A DNA stretch of 48,105 nucleotides from an uncultured Candidatus Saccharibacteria bacterium (GTDB lineage: Bacteria > Patescibacteriota > Saccharimonadia > Saccharimonadales > Saccharimonadaceae). Positions within the stretch are counted from its first letter, which is position 1. The number at the start of each line of letters is the position of its first letter. Positions 18,000 through 26,989 of the stretch are shown one piece after another. The stretch is taken from positions 1-48,105 of the forward strand of contig CAMZGF010000001.1 of NCBI GenBank assembly GCA_947306315.1. Direction: 5' to 3'. The notes under the pieces were generated by a model that saw nothing but the letters and a program-made list of their open reading frames with translations, was not told where the DNA came from and did not search any database. The position numbers and the translations under genes were made by a program.

Positions 18000-18950
18000 A
18001 TGACAAGAGGTCATTTTAAGACAGTATTTGCTGGTTTTGCGGCATCTTTCATGGTTGCTGTCTCTGGAATATTCGGTGTTACTCCTGCTAGTGCAGCGAA
18101 AGCTCCAGAAACATATCTATTAGTTTCGCCTGCAAGCCAGACTCTCGGAAAGCTTGAACCGGGGAAAACATATGAGAATACATTTCTCGTAAAAAATATT
18201 GGAACAGAAACGACAAACTTTAAGATTTATCCTGCTCCATATTACGAAGAAGGCGAAGACGGAGAAAAGACTTATACCGTCACAAACAATTACACCTATC
18301 TCTCGGAATGGATTAAATTCGATATAGAAAGAGGAACTTTAAAACCACAAGAATCTGTAAAGGTCACTTATCGCGTGAAAGTTCCTGCTGGAACTGCTGG
18401 TGGTGCACAGAATGCAGCTATCATGGTTGAATCTGAAGACACCAAAGATTCATCAAAGGTCGTTTCGGCATCTTCTCGCATTGCAATGATTCTATTTTCT
18501 CAAGTCAATGGCGAAACAAATGCTTGCGGTAAAATTGTCTATAAATCAATTCCAAACCTTCTTTTAAATCCGCCAATTATTGCATCTGGTCGCGTAGAGA
18601 ACTGTGGCAATATTGACCTTAATGTTAAATATGTGATGGAAGTATTCCCGCTCTTCTCAGATGAACCTGTCTATTCAAATGAGAATCAGCCAAAGATTCT
18701 TGCAACGCTTCCTGAGACTCGTCGATACACTGCGCTTGAGTGGGAGAACACTCCGAGCTTTGGACTTTATAAGGTGAAACTATCAATAACTTACAATGGG
18801 GAAACGGAGAAAATCGAAAAAATCGTTCTCGTCTGCCCGCTTTGGTTAATTGTTCTTATCATTGTCTTTATCGGAGCACTTATCTTCTGGCTTGTGTCAA
18901 GAAGTCGTGAACGTAAGGAAAAAAAGAGTAATAAAACGGTGGAGAAATAA
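18000..18950 (+). CDS. Secreted two-Ig-domain protein with C-terminal TM anchor (DUF916/DUF3324-like or PapD-chaperone-like), paralog 1
   Basis: Signal peptide (ASA|A); LLVSP...LEPG...VKNIG...Y.V.VP...GGAQ.A; second domain VENCGNID; TM PLWLIVLIIVFIGALIFWLV plus basic tail. Confidence 0.65.
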   Translation: MTRGHFKTVFAGFAASFMVAVSGIFGVTPASAAKAPETYLLVSPASQTLGKLEPGKTYENTFLVKNIGTETTNFKIYPAPYYEEGEDGEKTYTVTNNYTYLSEWIKFDIERGTLKPQESVKVTYRVKVPAGTAGGAQNAAIMVESEDTKDSSKVVSASSRIAMILFSQVNGETNACGKIVYKSIPNLLLNPPIIASGRVENCGNIDLNVKYVMEVFPLFSDEPVYSNENQPKILATLPETRRYTALEWENTPSFGLYKVKLSITYNGETEKIEKIVLVCPLWLIVLIIVFIGALIFWLVSRSRERKEKKSNKTVEK

Positions 18951-18960
18951 GGAGTTAAAT

Positions 18961-19932
18961 ATGAAAAGAATATCAAAAATATTAGCAGCAATTTCCTTTG
19001 CATTAGTGTCGGTCTTTGCTCCAGCTTCAATAGCTTATGCTGATGAAGGTGAAAAACCAGCAGTTTGGCTACAGATCTCGCCAGTTGCAAACCGTGTCGT
19101 TCTTGATCCAGGCGTAGAAATCACCGACAAGATGGAAGTTGATAACATTGGCTCAAAGAAATTTAAATTCCGCGTTTATGCAACTCCATATACTATCGCA
19201 AATGAAGCATATGAAGTAAACTTCAATACAGATACTAATCGTACTCAAATTTCTCGTTGGATCTCATTCAATCAGAAAAAGGATGCAAAGAAGGATTCAG
19301 AGAAAAAATGGCAGAATGAGGTTGTATTCGAACTAGAGCCAAATGGTCGTCAAGAAGTTGAATATAAAATCTCAGTTCCAAAAGACATTCCGGACGGTGG
19401 TCAATATGCAACTATTTTTGCAGAATCAGTCCCTGAAGAAACAAGCGGTGCAACTGGTGTTCGTACTATTTCTCGTGTTGGTCTTATTCTCTATGGCCGC
19501 ACCAACGGTGAAACTGTTGAAACTGCAGAAATCAGCAATTTCAGCATGAAATCATTTATTACAAGTGGTAAAATTGCAGCTGAGGTTGATATTGAAAACA
19601 AAGGTAATACCGACTTCGTCGCAACTGTCTCAATGAAAATCGATAAGGTTATCGGTGGTACCGTAGCTGAACTTAACAATCCATATCCAGTGATTCCAGA
19701 TTCCCCAAAGCGCCACGCCGTTCTTGAGTGGGAAGATACGCCAATCTTTGGTATCTTCAAGGTTCATACAACTATAAAAGCAGCTGACAAAACTATCGAA
19801 GAATCTAAGCTCGTCCTTATCCTTCCAGTTTGGATTATCGTTATTATGCTTGTGCTATTGACAATCATTATTGCATGGCTTATAATCCTTATTAGGAAGC
19901 GCCGTGCTCAGAAGTCGCGTCTTATCGTATAA
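18961..19932 (+). CDS. Secreted two-Ig-domain protein with C-terminal TM anchor (DUF916/DUF3324-like), paralog 2
   Basis: AAGGAG SD before ATG 18961; signal peptide (AYA|D); LQISP...LDPG...VDNIG...YKISVP...GGQYA; IENKGNTD; TM plus RKRR. Confidence 0.65.
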   Translation: MKRISKILAAISFALVSVFAPASIAYADEGEKPAVWLQISPVANRVVLDPGVEITDKMEVDNIGSKKFKFRVYATPYTIANEAYEVNFNTDTNRTQISRWISFNQKKDAKKDSEKKWQNEVVFELEPNGRQEVEYKISVPKDIPDGGQYATIFAESVPEETSGATGVRTISRVGLILYGRTNGETVETAEISNFSMKSFITSGKIAAEVDIENKGNTDFVATVSMKIDKVIGGTVAELNNPYPVIPDSPKRHAVLEWEDTPIFGIFKVHTTIKAADKTIEESKLVLILPVWIIVIMLVLLTIIIAWLIILIRKRRAQKSRLIV

Positions 19933-19966
19933 TCGCGAAATACAGATAAGAAGACTTTAAAGCAGG

Positions 19967-20007
19967 AGCTCCGATTCGAAACTGCGAAACTTTGAATCGG
20001 AGCTTTT
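19967..20007 (+). terminator. Long intergenic hairpin (terminator, attenuator or stabiliser) inside the operon
   Basis: AGCTCCGATTCGAA-10 nt-TTTGAATCGGAGCT followed by TTT. Confidence 0.6.
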
Positions 20008-20047
20008 AGGTTCCAAAATAAAAATAAAAAAAATAAGCGAGTGTGAA

Positions 20048-20974
20048 ATGAAAAAACAAGCAAAAATTTTGGGCTCATTGAGTGCAGTTTGTGCTCTCTC
20101 GATGGGTATTTTTGCCGTTACACCAGTAATGGCAGAGGATTCATTGCCTCTAAACTATAATCAAGCAGGTACATCTGCTAATGTAACAGTTAGATTAAGA
20201 GTTGTCGGTGAAGTTCCGGCGGTTCAGATTGCGAAACCGCTAGATGGCGAAGACATTGTTGGTAAGGTCATCCCAGTAAAAGTCGACTACGAAAAATCTA
20301 ACAATCTTCAATATGAACTTATTTATGTCCAGGAAGATGGTACAAAAATCTCATATGATCTTCCAACCAAAGATGTATCAGATGCCGGTATTGTAACCGA
20401 TGGTACGGATACTTTTGAAGTAAATATTGATAACTACGGCGGAAAATTTGGTACGTATATCTTAAAAGCTCGTGCTAATGGATCTGGCTCAGCTACTGAC
20501 TCAGTCCAATTCACCGTCTCATCATTCGATGTTAAACTCAAAGGAACTGAACCTGAAGATAATAACCCAATTATCACTATTAAGAAGAACCCAAGTATTA
20601 GAAAAACAATCATCCAGGTCTTCGATAGCGAAGGTAATCCAGTTCTAGACGAACCAATTGAAGTTGATGTAACTCCAGGCGAAAACACTGATGTAACTAT
20701 CCCACTTTCAAGATATGGTGTCCCTGATGGTGATTATACAATCGTAGCAACAGCTTATGACGGAAACGGCGATATTTATGATACAAACAGAGAAGTTCCA
20801 TTCACTTACAAAGCTGCTCCTGCACCAGAAGTTCCTGATACAGGTTCAATCTTCGCAAACCTTGGTCTTTCACGCCAAGATCTAATCTCAACCGGTCTTG
20901 CCCTCCTCTTTGTCTGTGCATTCTTCGGAATTCTCATCATCGCAAAGAAAAGTAGAAACCAAAAACGCCGCTAA
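20048..20974 (+). CDS. Secreted Ig-like surface protein with LPxTG-like (VPDTG) C-terminal sorting signal
   Basis: Signal peptide (VMA|E); two beta-rich Big-like domains (G.Y.L.A.A, DGDYTIVATAYD); VPDTG, TM helix and KKSRNQKRR tail. Confidence 0.7.
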   Translation: MKKQAKILGSLSAVCALSMGIFAVTPVMAEDSLPLNYNQAGTSANVTVRLRVVGEVPAVQIAKPLDGEDIVGKVIPVKVDYEKSNNLQYELIYVQEDGTKISYDLPTKDVSDAGIVTDGTDTFEVNIDNYGGKFGTYILKARANGSGSATDSVQFTVSSFDVKLKGTEPEDNNPIITIKKNPSIRKTIIQVFDSEGNPVLDEPIEVDVTPGENTDVTIPLSRYGVPDGDYTIVATAYDGNGDIYDTNREVPFTYKAAPAPEVPDTGSIFANLGLSRQDLISTGLALLFVCAFFGILIIAKKSRNQKRR

Positions 20975-21013
20975 TCTAGGCTCTAAAAAAACAGATTAAA
21001 CTCGCTTAAAAAT

Positions 21014-21041
21014 AAAGCGCCTCGTTTCTGAGGCGCTTTTT
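21014..21041. terminator. Bidirectional terminator between convergent genes
   Basis: AAAGCGCCTC-gtttct-GAGGCGCTTTTT. Confidence 0.85.
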
Positions 21042-21049
21042 GACGTTTT

Positions 21050-21274
21050 TTAAATTGTGATAATTAAAACTAAAGAGATTAGAGCTAAACCTACAAGAAC
21101 AAACCAAACCCAACTAAAGCTACCAGTTTTCTTTAGGTCGCGGGTGTAATCTGCCTCTTCTACGAAATCTGGGTCTTCCTGCTCTTCCATCTTTGCTCTG
21201 GAGCGAAGATCTGCTGCAATACGATCATTAAGATCGCTTCTTCTTTCAGTTTCTTTATGGACAATTACTCCCAT
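21050..21274 (-). CDS. Small protein with C-terminal TM helix, function unknown
   Basis: GGAGG SD, upstream TGTTAAAAT promoter element, single TM. Confidence 0.75.
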   Translation of the reverse strand: MGVIVHKETERRSDLNDRIAADLRSRAKMEEQEDPDFVEEADYTRDLKKTGSFSWVWFVLVGLALISLVLIITI

Positions 21275-21366
21275 CTTACCTCCGATTTTTCTTATGCTAA
21301 AACAATATTCTTATTTTAACATAAAGTTGTGCTATAATAAAAGTATTATTACTTTAAGGAGGTAAA

Positions 21367-22272
21367 ATGGCTAACACAAAGTCAAAGAAGACGACCGCTA
21401 AGAGATCGACTTCAAAAGCCAAAGCTGTTGCAACCAAGTCAGTAAAGACAGTTCCAGCAAAAGCAGCTGCCGCTACAACATCGGCAAACGCCATCGCTTC
21501 TAAAGCTAAAGGAAACCCATTTAAGGGATTCTTCGCAAAGAAATGCGATGCAGACGAAAATATTTTAACAATCTTTAAGAGCCCAAAAATCTGGGGTGCT
21601 ATCTGTGGCGAAATTATCGGCACAATGCTCCTCACTATGCTCATGTTCACCCTTGGTGTATACCAACCACTTTATATTCTTATTGGCGTAATTGGCATCA
21701 CAATGGCCGTCTACGCTCTCTCTGGTGCACACCTTAACCCAGCAGTAACCGTTGGTATGATGGCTACTCGCCGTGTTTCAGCAATCCGCGGTGTTCTTTA
21801 TATCGTTGCTCAGGTTGTTGGTGCTTGGCTTGGTCTTATCATCCTTAGCGCCTTCCGTGGCCTCGGTGAAAACGCAATTGAGCTTCCTGCAATTGTTGCT
21901 CTTGAAGACAAAACAATCTGGAAGAACATTTTCGTTGAACTTCTCGGTGCAGGCGTAATCGGCTACTTCTTTAGCCGCGCACAAAGCTATAAAACTGCAA
22001 AAGGCGCATTCACTTATGCAGCTCTCGTTGCTGGTGGTATTGCACTCGCAATCCTCTTTGCAGTTGTAGTATCAAGCAACTACCTTGGTCTTCAAAACAA
22101 CTTTGTCTTGAACCCAGCAGTCGCAATTATGGAACAAATCTTCCCAACAGTCCTCGATGACTTTGGTGCTATCGTAATCGCAGCTGTAACATATATTATT
22201 GTGCCAATGATTGGTGCAGTACTTGGTTTCTTCCTAGCAGACGCTTCAAAGAAGCTTGCAGGCGAAGAATAA
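21367..22272 (+). CDS. MIP family channel (aquaporin-like) with Lys/Ala/Thr-rich N-terminal extension
   Basis: GEIIGT, SGAHLNPAVT, YIVAQVVGA, second loop LNPAV and YIIVPMIGA. Confidence 0.9.
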   Translation: MANTKSKKTTAKRSTSKAKAVATKSVKTVPAKAAAATTSANAIASKAKGNPFKGFFAKKCDADENILTIFKSPKIWGAICGEIIGTMLLTMLMFTLGVYQPLYILIGVIGITMAVYALSGAHLNPAVTVGMMATRRVSAIRGVLYIVAQVVGAWLGLIILSAFRGLGENAIELPAIVALEDKTIWKNIFVELLGAGVIGYFFSRAQSYKTAKGAFTYAALVAGGIALAILFAVVVSSNYLGLQNNFVLNPAVAIMEQIFPTVLDDFGAIVIAAVTYIIVPMIGAVLGFFLADASKKLAGEE

Positions 22273-22289
22273 TATTCTACCTGGAAATT

Positions 22290-22323
22290 AGCCGTCCCTC
22301 GATTCGTCGGGGGATGGTTTTTT
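22290..22323 (+). terminator. Intrinsic terminator
   Basis: GCCGTCCCTCGA-ttcg-TCGGGGGATGGT followed by a T run. Confidence 0.85.
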
Positions 22324-22390
22324 CTTGCAGAAAATAAAAATAAGCGTTATAATATAATAAATATTGCGCAAAATATAAAAAGGAATAAAA

Positions 22391-23698
22391 ATGGATCCAA
22401 CAAATAATCTTGTACCAGACATTGGTACGACACCGGAAGCTCCAGCTCTGGAGTCTCAGGATTCTCCAGTGATTGATACGGCGGCACTAGAAGCTGCTAT
22501 GAGTAGTATTAACCCAGCTAGTGATGTAGCAAATGCTGCGATGAATGGAGCTACTCCAGTCGTTACGACAACCGACGATAGCGCGAGCGACGTCGCTCCG
22601 GCTCCCACTCTTCAGATTTCAGAAGAGCCTGCTGAGCCAGCTCCTGCCGAGGAGTTAACTCCTGCTGCTGAGCCAGCTCCTATAGGGGGACCAGTAAACC
22701 TTGCCCCGTCAGCGGAATTTCAAATGAATGTAGCCCCAACACAGCCTGAAGAAGTTTTAATTGGGACTCCAGTAGAAACTCCAGTAGAAGCTCCAGTTGA
22801 AGAATCTGTATCGTCCGAAACTACACAAACTCCAATTGAGCCAGCTCCCGCAGACTATACTTCTGAAACTCCAAAGACAGAAACTGCCTCAGTTCAGAAT
22901 GAAAACGAAGAGCCAATTGTCGCTGCTGCGCCAGTCCCAGGTTCAATTGGCTCAGCAAAATCATATGCTGATATCCAACGTGCAGAAGCTGAAAGAGCTG
23001 CAAAAATGGCCACAAAGAGTGGTTCAAAAATTCGGATGACCAAAAACACGATTATCTTAATTATCATAGCAGCAATTGCAGTTATTGCGACTGTTATTAC
23101 GATGATTATTGTAATGGGTGGCAATACTCTATCAAATCCAGTAAGTCCTGTTAACCCTAACCCAATTGAAGAGCACGAGTACTCAACTTTGTCCTGTAAA
23201 CGCAACCTTGCACCAGAAGAATACTTATCATATGGTGCAACTAAGGGAACTCAAGAAAATGTTTTCTACTTTGTGGACGACGAGCTAGATGGTCTAAAGA
23301 CGAACTTTGCTTATACCTATGCAAATCAAGCCCTTGCTACGATTGCTCGTGACAACTTTAAGCGCGACTATGGTGTAGTTGAAGAGCCAACAGATGAAGA
23401 CTCGGAAGCTGAACGAGAAGAGGACGATATAAGGCTGAAGACTACCGCTGAAATGCTTCATCATTATGTCGAGATGTCGGAGTATACTGTTACTCATGGT
23501 ATGGAAGTCAAATCTGAAGACATAAAAGATTGGCTTGAATCTGATGCGTATAGTGATGTAACGTATGGTGCAGTCGAAAAGGTCACTCCAGACGAAGGTG
23601 GAGAAGAAACTGAAGAGGAAATTGTTCGTAACCTAAAATACTACAATAAACTCCAAAACAGTATAGATTATACCTGTTCAATTTCAAAAGGTGACTAA
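22391..23698 (+). CDS. Single-pass membrane protein with long Pro/Glu/Ala-rich disordered N-terminal region
   Basis: Low-complexity acidic first ~190 aa, TM IILIIIAAIAVIATVITMIIVM, and an acidic C-domain bracketed by two Cys; promoter and AAGGA SD upstream. Confidence 0.8.
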   Translation: MDPTNNLVPDIGTTPEAPALESQDSPVIDTAALEAAMSSINPASDVANAAMNGATPVVTTTDDSASDVAPAPTLQISEEPAEPAPAEELTPAAEPAPIGGPVNLAPSAEFQMNVAPTQPEEVLIGTPVETPVEAPVEESVSSETTQTPIEPAPADYTSETPKTETASVQNENEEPIVAAAPVPGSIGSAKSYADIQRAEAERAAKMATKSGSKIRMTKNTIILIIIAAIAVIATVITMIIVMGGNTLSNPVSPVNPNPIEEHEYSTLSCKRNLAPEEYLSYGATKGTQENVFYFVDDELDGLKTNFAYTYANQALATIARDNFKRDYGVVEEPTDEDSEAEREEDDIRLKTTAEMLHHYVEMSEYTVTHGMEVKSEDIKDWLESDAYSDVTYGAVEKVTPDEGGEETEEEIVRNLKYYNKLQNSIDYTCSISKGD

Positions 23699-23724
23699 AA
23701 AAGATCCCCTTCGGGGGATTTTTT
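23699..23724. terminator. Bidirectional terminator (cUUCGg loop) between the CDS and tRNA-Leu
   Basis: A run, then ATCCCC-ttcg-GGGGAT, then a T run. Confidence 0.85.
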
Positions 23725-23726
23725 GA

Positions 23727-23810
23727 TGGTGCCCGGGACAGGACTTGAACCTGCACGCTGAAGGCATATGCTCCTAAGGCATACGTGTCTACCAGTTCCA
23801 CCACCCGGGC
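23727..23810 (-). tRNA. tRNA-Leu, anticodon UAG
   Basis: Reverse complement: GCCCGGG acceptor, GGTGGAACTGGTAGACAC D-arm, TATGC-CTTAGGA-GCATA anticodon arm, long variable arm, GGTTCAAGT T-loop and CCA. Confidence 0.95.
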
Positions 23811-23835
23811 GCTTAGGTTATTATATCATATCTTA

Positions 23836-24264
23836 TTATTTTGAACAATTAAGGTGAAATTCGACATCATAGTCTTTCTTGCCATATGGTTTATGAGGCT
23901 TGAAAGTGGCCGAAGATGTGTTTGTATCGCAACTAAATGAATCGGTATTAAAGTACGAACGATAATTAGCGTCATGTTCGAGGAATTCATAGTTTAAAAT
24001 CTGACGGAGTCTAACGATAAAACCGGATTTATATTTTTCGAACGCTTCGTCGAGGTTCTCGCCGTTGTGTTCCATGATAAAATTCTCATAGAGTGAATTC
24101 TCGTAATAATTTCTCGATAGTTCTTCAAATTTTTTCTCAGCAAAGAACTTGTTTTCGAAGAGGTTAGTGAATACAACCGTGAAAACTACTGCTGCCACTG
24201 CAACGATCACAACAAAAATCATTAATTTTGAAGCAATCCCACTCCTCTTCCTGGCAATTTTCAT
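23836..24264 (-). CDS. Membrane-anchored exported protein, function unknown
   Basis: Basic N-terminus, one TM helix and two C-terminal Cys; extended -10 6 nt upstream. Confidence 0.75.
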   Translation of the reverse strand: MKIARKRSGIASKLMIFVVIVAVAAVVFTVVFTNLFENKFFAEKKFEELSRNYYENSLYENFIMEHNGENLDEAFEKYKSGFIVRLRQILNYEFLEHDANYRSYFNTDSFSCDTNTSSATFKPHKPYGKKDYDVEFHLNCSK

Positions 24265-24312
24265 ATATTTATTATAACATGCATAAGCTCTTTCGTGTGG
24301 TAAAATAGATGT

Positions 24313-26262
24313 ATGAGGAGATTATTAGACAAAACAGCTAGACGAATTCTTACTCGTCTTTTTATTATTTTATTTACCTCAATTATTATCATGTTCTTCA
24401 TTGAGTGGAGATTCTTCGATAATAATATTAATCGCACTTGGCAGTTTGTTGGCGAGCGCTTTTTAGTGTTCTCGTATAATGTCTTACTCCTATTCTTTAT
24501 TGAACTGGTGGTATCGGCACTTTTTAAAACGCCTTGGACTGGCGCTGGCATAACGTTCATTCTTGCTATAATCTTCTCTTATATTTCTTCCCAGAAACAG
24601 TCGTTCCGCGGTCAGCCGCTCCTCCCAGAAGATTTTATGCTTACCGACCAAGCCGGCACAATTTCAAAATTTATTGATATGGGCTCGCTCGTCCGTATGA
24701 TTCTCGCGTGTCTAATTGCGTTTGGATTAGTTTTACTCCTGAACTATTTAACAAAACATTTCTTCGATGTAAAAGATCGCAAAGAACCAAAGCGTTTTTG
24801 GAATAAAAACCTTAGAATCTTTAGACTTACGATTCTACTTATCGGTGCAATCTGTTTCGTAAAATATACTGAATTTATACGAAACCATAACGGTGAACGT
24901 GCAGAGGACATTCCTCAGTTAAATTCTCAATTTGTCGCTTGGAACCAAATGCAAAACTATGAAGACAATGGCTTCATTATTGGATTTATGTATAACTGGT
25001 CTAAATTTGAAATGAAAGCCCCAGACGGCTATTCAGAGGAAAAAATTGCCGAGATAAAATCTCTCTATGAAAACACCTCGACTACTGAAAACATTATGGA
25101 TTACAACATCATTGTTGTCCTCAACGAGTCGTTCTTCGACCCATCAGTCATCTCTGAATACTATCCGATTAGCGCAAATAATGTTGGTGGTAAAAACTCG
25201 ATGGGGGTTCCAATTACAAAAGACGTCACACCAACAATTCGAAATCTCATAAAGAATGATAGAAAGTCAAACAACTACGCAACCGGTCAGATGTATACAA
25301 TTGACTATGGTGGTGGAACCGCAAATATAGAATACGAAGTCGATACGGCGATGACAAATTACTGGGCAAATACTGTCCCATTTGTTGATTTGTACCCGCA
25401 TATTGATTACGTCCCGTCGATTGCTCAGATCGCGAAAAAAGCTGGTTACAAAACTCTTGCGATTCACCCATTTAACAGTGGTATGTATAAACGAAACTTT
25501 GCCCTTCCAAAAGAAGGAATTGATGGTTTTATTGACGAAAACCAGATCTCTTTTAAAGATTGTGACGATAATCGCCAATATATAAATGATCGTTCAGCTT
25601 ATAACGAAACTATAAAAGCTATTGAAGATAGCGATAAAAAAACATTCATCTCTCTCGTAACAATGCAGAACCATGCTGGCTACGGCGATGATGGCTATAG
25701 CTCATATAGCTACAGCCTTGGTAATGCACCAAAAACCGGCGATCTTCGCTCGGAGTTTACTGAAGACGAAAGAAGACAGTACGAAGTATATCTAGAGACG
25801 CTTCATAATTCCGATTATTATCTCTCTGAATTCCTAGGAAAGCTTGAGAAAATGAATGAAAAGACTGTCGTTCTCTGGTATGGCGATCACGCTCCTGGGG
25901 TAATTGGTCGTGTAAATGACTCAAAAGATAAAGACACACGCGATTTATCACGTGTCACCCCGTACTTTATTTGGGCGAATTTTGAATTAAAAAATATCGA
26001 ATATAAGGATATTAAACGTTTTAATCAGGCAAAGACTACTCTCCCGACAACCACTCCGAACTGTCTAACAAACACCATGCTCGACCTCTTGGGACTCGAA
26101 AAACCAGATTATATGAAGCTTGTAAATGATGTATGTAAAGAAGTGCCAATTCTTGCACAAGCTTATTATGGCAGCGGTGCGCCGTTTAAATCCACTACTC
26201 TCTCTAATTACGAAATCTTCACCTATGATATCCTCGGTGGAGAACAATATTGGTTAAAATAG
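24313..26262 (+). CDS. LTA synthase (LtaS)-family phosphoglycerol transferase/sulfatase
   Basis: Five N-terminal TMs, VLNESF, GGGTANIEYE (catalytic Thr), HPF, TMQNH and YGDHAP. Confidence 0.9.
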   Translation: MRRLLDKTARRILTRLFIILFTSIIIMFFIEWRFFDNNINRTWQFVGERFLVFSYNVLLLFFIELVVSALFKTPWTGAGITFILAIIFSYISSQKQSFRGQPLLPEDFMLTDQAGTISKFIDMGSLVRMILACLIAFGLVLLLNYLTKHFFDVKDRKEPKRFWNKNLRIFRLTILLIGAICFVKYTEFIRNHNGERAEDIPQLNSQFVAWNQMQNYEDNGFIIGFMYNWSKFEMKAPDGYSEEKIAEIKSLYENTSTTENIMDYNIIVVLNESFFDPSVISEYYPISANNVGGKNSMGVPITKDVTPTIRNLIKNDRKSNNYATGQMYTIDYGGGTANIEYEVDTAMTNYWANTVPFVDLYPHIDYVPSIAQIAKKAGYKTLAIHPFNSGMYKRNFALPKEGIDGFIDENQISFKDCDDNRQYINDRSAYNETIKAIEDSDKKTFISLVTMQNHAGYGDDGYSSYSYSLGNAPKTGDLRSEFTEDERRQYEVYLETLHNSDYYLSEFLGKLEKMNEKTVVLWYGDHAPGVIGRVNDSKDKDTRDLSRVTPYFIWANFELKNIEYKDIKRFNQAKTTLPTTTPNCLTNTMLDLLGLEKPDYMKLVNDVCKEVPILAQAYYGSGAPFKSTTLSNYEIFTYDILGGEQYWLK

Positions 26263-26289
26263 CTCCATCTCTAAATAAGCATAAACATC

Positions 26290-26318
26290 TTGCATTTTTT
26301 TACATTTTGTGGTATAAT
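26290..26318 (+). promoter_or_regulatory. Sigma70 promoter
   Basis: TTGCAT-17 bp-TATAAT with an extended TG. Confidence 0.75.
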
Positions 26319-26386
26319 ATAGGTATAGTAGTTGTAACCGGGCAAAAGCCCATAACTAAGAACATTGCAAAAAAGGAGGAAAACGT

Positions 26387-26974
26387 ATGTTTTCATTAAG
26401 CCCTGTAGAATCCCATATGGTAATAATCTGTTTATTGCTCGCAAGCTTCAGTGCATCTGCGCTGATTGCTTATCTTGGAAAGGTTGTATACCTTATCCAG
26501 GTTAACGTCCCGATCATGGGCGCTAGGGGAGTGCTCTATGCACTGATCTGCCAGAAACTGGTGAAGAAACCTCGTAAGCAAACCGTCAGAAATATAATCC
26601 ATGAAGATGATTATAATTGCAGGGTAATAACTGCAGACGGGGAGCGATTCTTTGAGTACTCCGTAGTCAAGAGTGATCAATTCGTAGGTTATGAACCTTT
26701 CGACGATGCAGTCATCCTTGCTGGAGGGAAAATGGGAGATTTCGATCCCAAAAAAGATAAAGGTCTCAATAAAGAACTCTTGAAGAGGCTTCTGCCGGAT
26801 TCAAAGGTGAAAAGCTATACCAGAAGGAATGGGCGTATTGAGCTCTTTGTAGTCTATCTAAAAGAAGACTGCGACGAAGAGATCAAGAACGCTATCAATT
26901 CGTTCTTTGAGGACGAGTATGAAAAAGAAATGTATGCGATAAGCCACGCATCCCCCATCTATCATCCTGTCTGA
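26387..26974 (+). CDS. Orphan hypothetical protein with hydrophobic N-terminus
   Basis: Own promoter, AGGAGGA SD and terminator; no recognisable motif. Confidence 0.7.
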   Translation: MFSLSPVESHMVIICLLLASFSASALIAYLGKVVYLIQVNVPIMGARGVLYALICQKLVKKPRKQTVRNIIHEDDYNCRVITADGERFFEYSVVKSDQFVGYEPFDDAVILAGGKMGDFDPKKDKGLNKELLKRLLPDSKVKSYTRRNGRIELFVVYLKEDCDEEIKNAINSFFEDEYEKEMYAISHASPIYHPV

Positions 26975-26989
26975 CTCCTTTCAGAAATT

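Noticed and set aside
22766..22801. 12-bp tandem repeat ACTCCAGTAGAA
   Set aside because: It is an in-frame coding repeat (TPVE-TPVE-APVE) in a low-complexity linker.
2304..23810. tRNA genes as island integration sites
   Set aside because: No duplicated tRNA 3' ends and no integrase were seen; the flanks are ordinary genes or terminators.
23836..24264. Second type IV pilin
   Set aside because: KRSG-IASKL resembles a class III cleavage site but lacks the F+1/E+5 pattern, so it is kept as a hypothetical protein.
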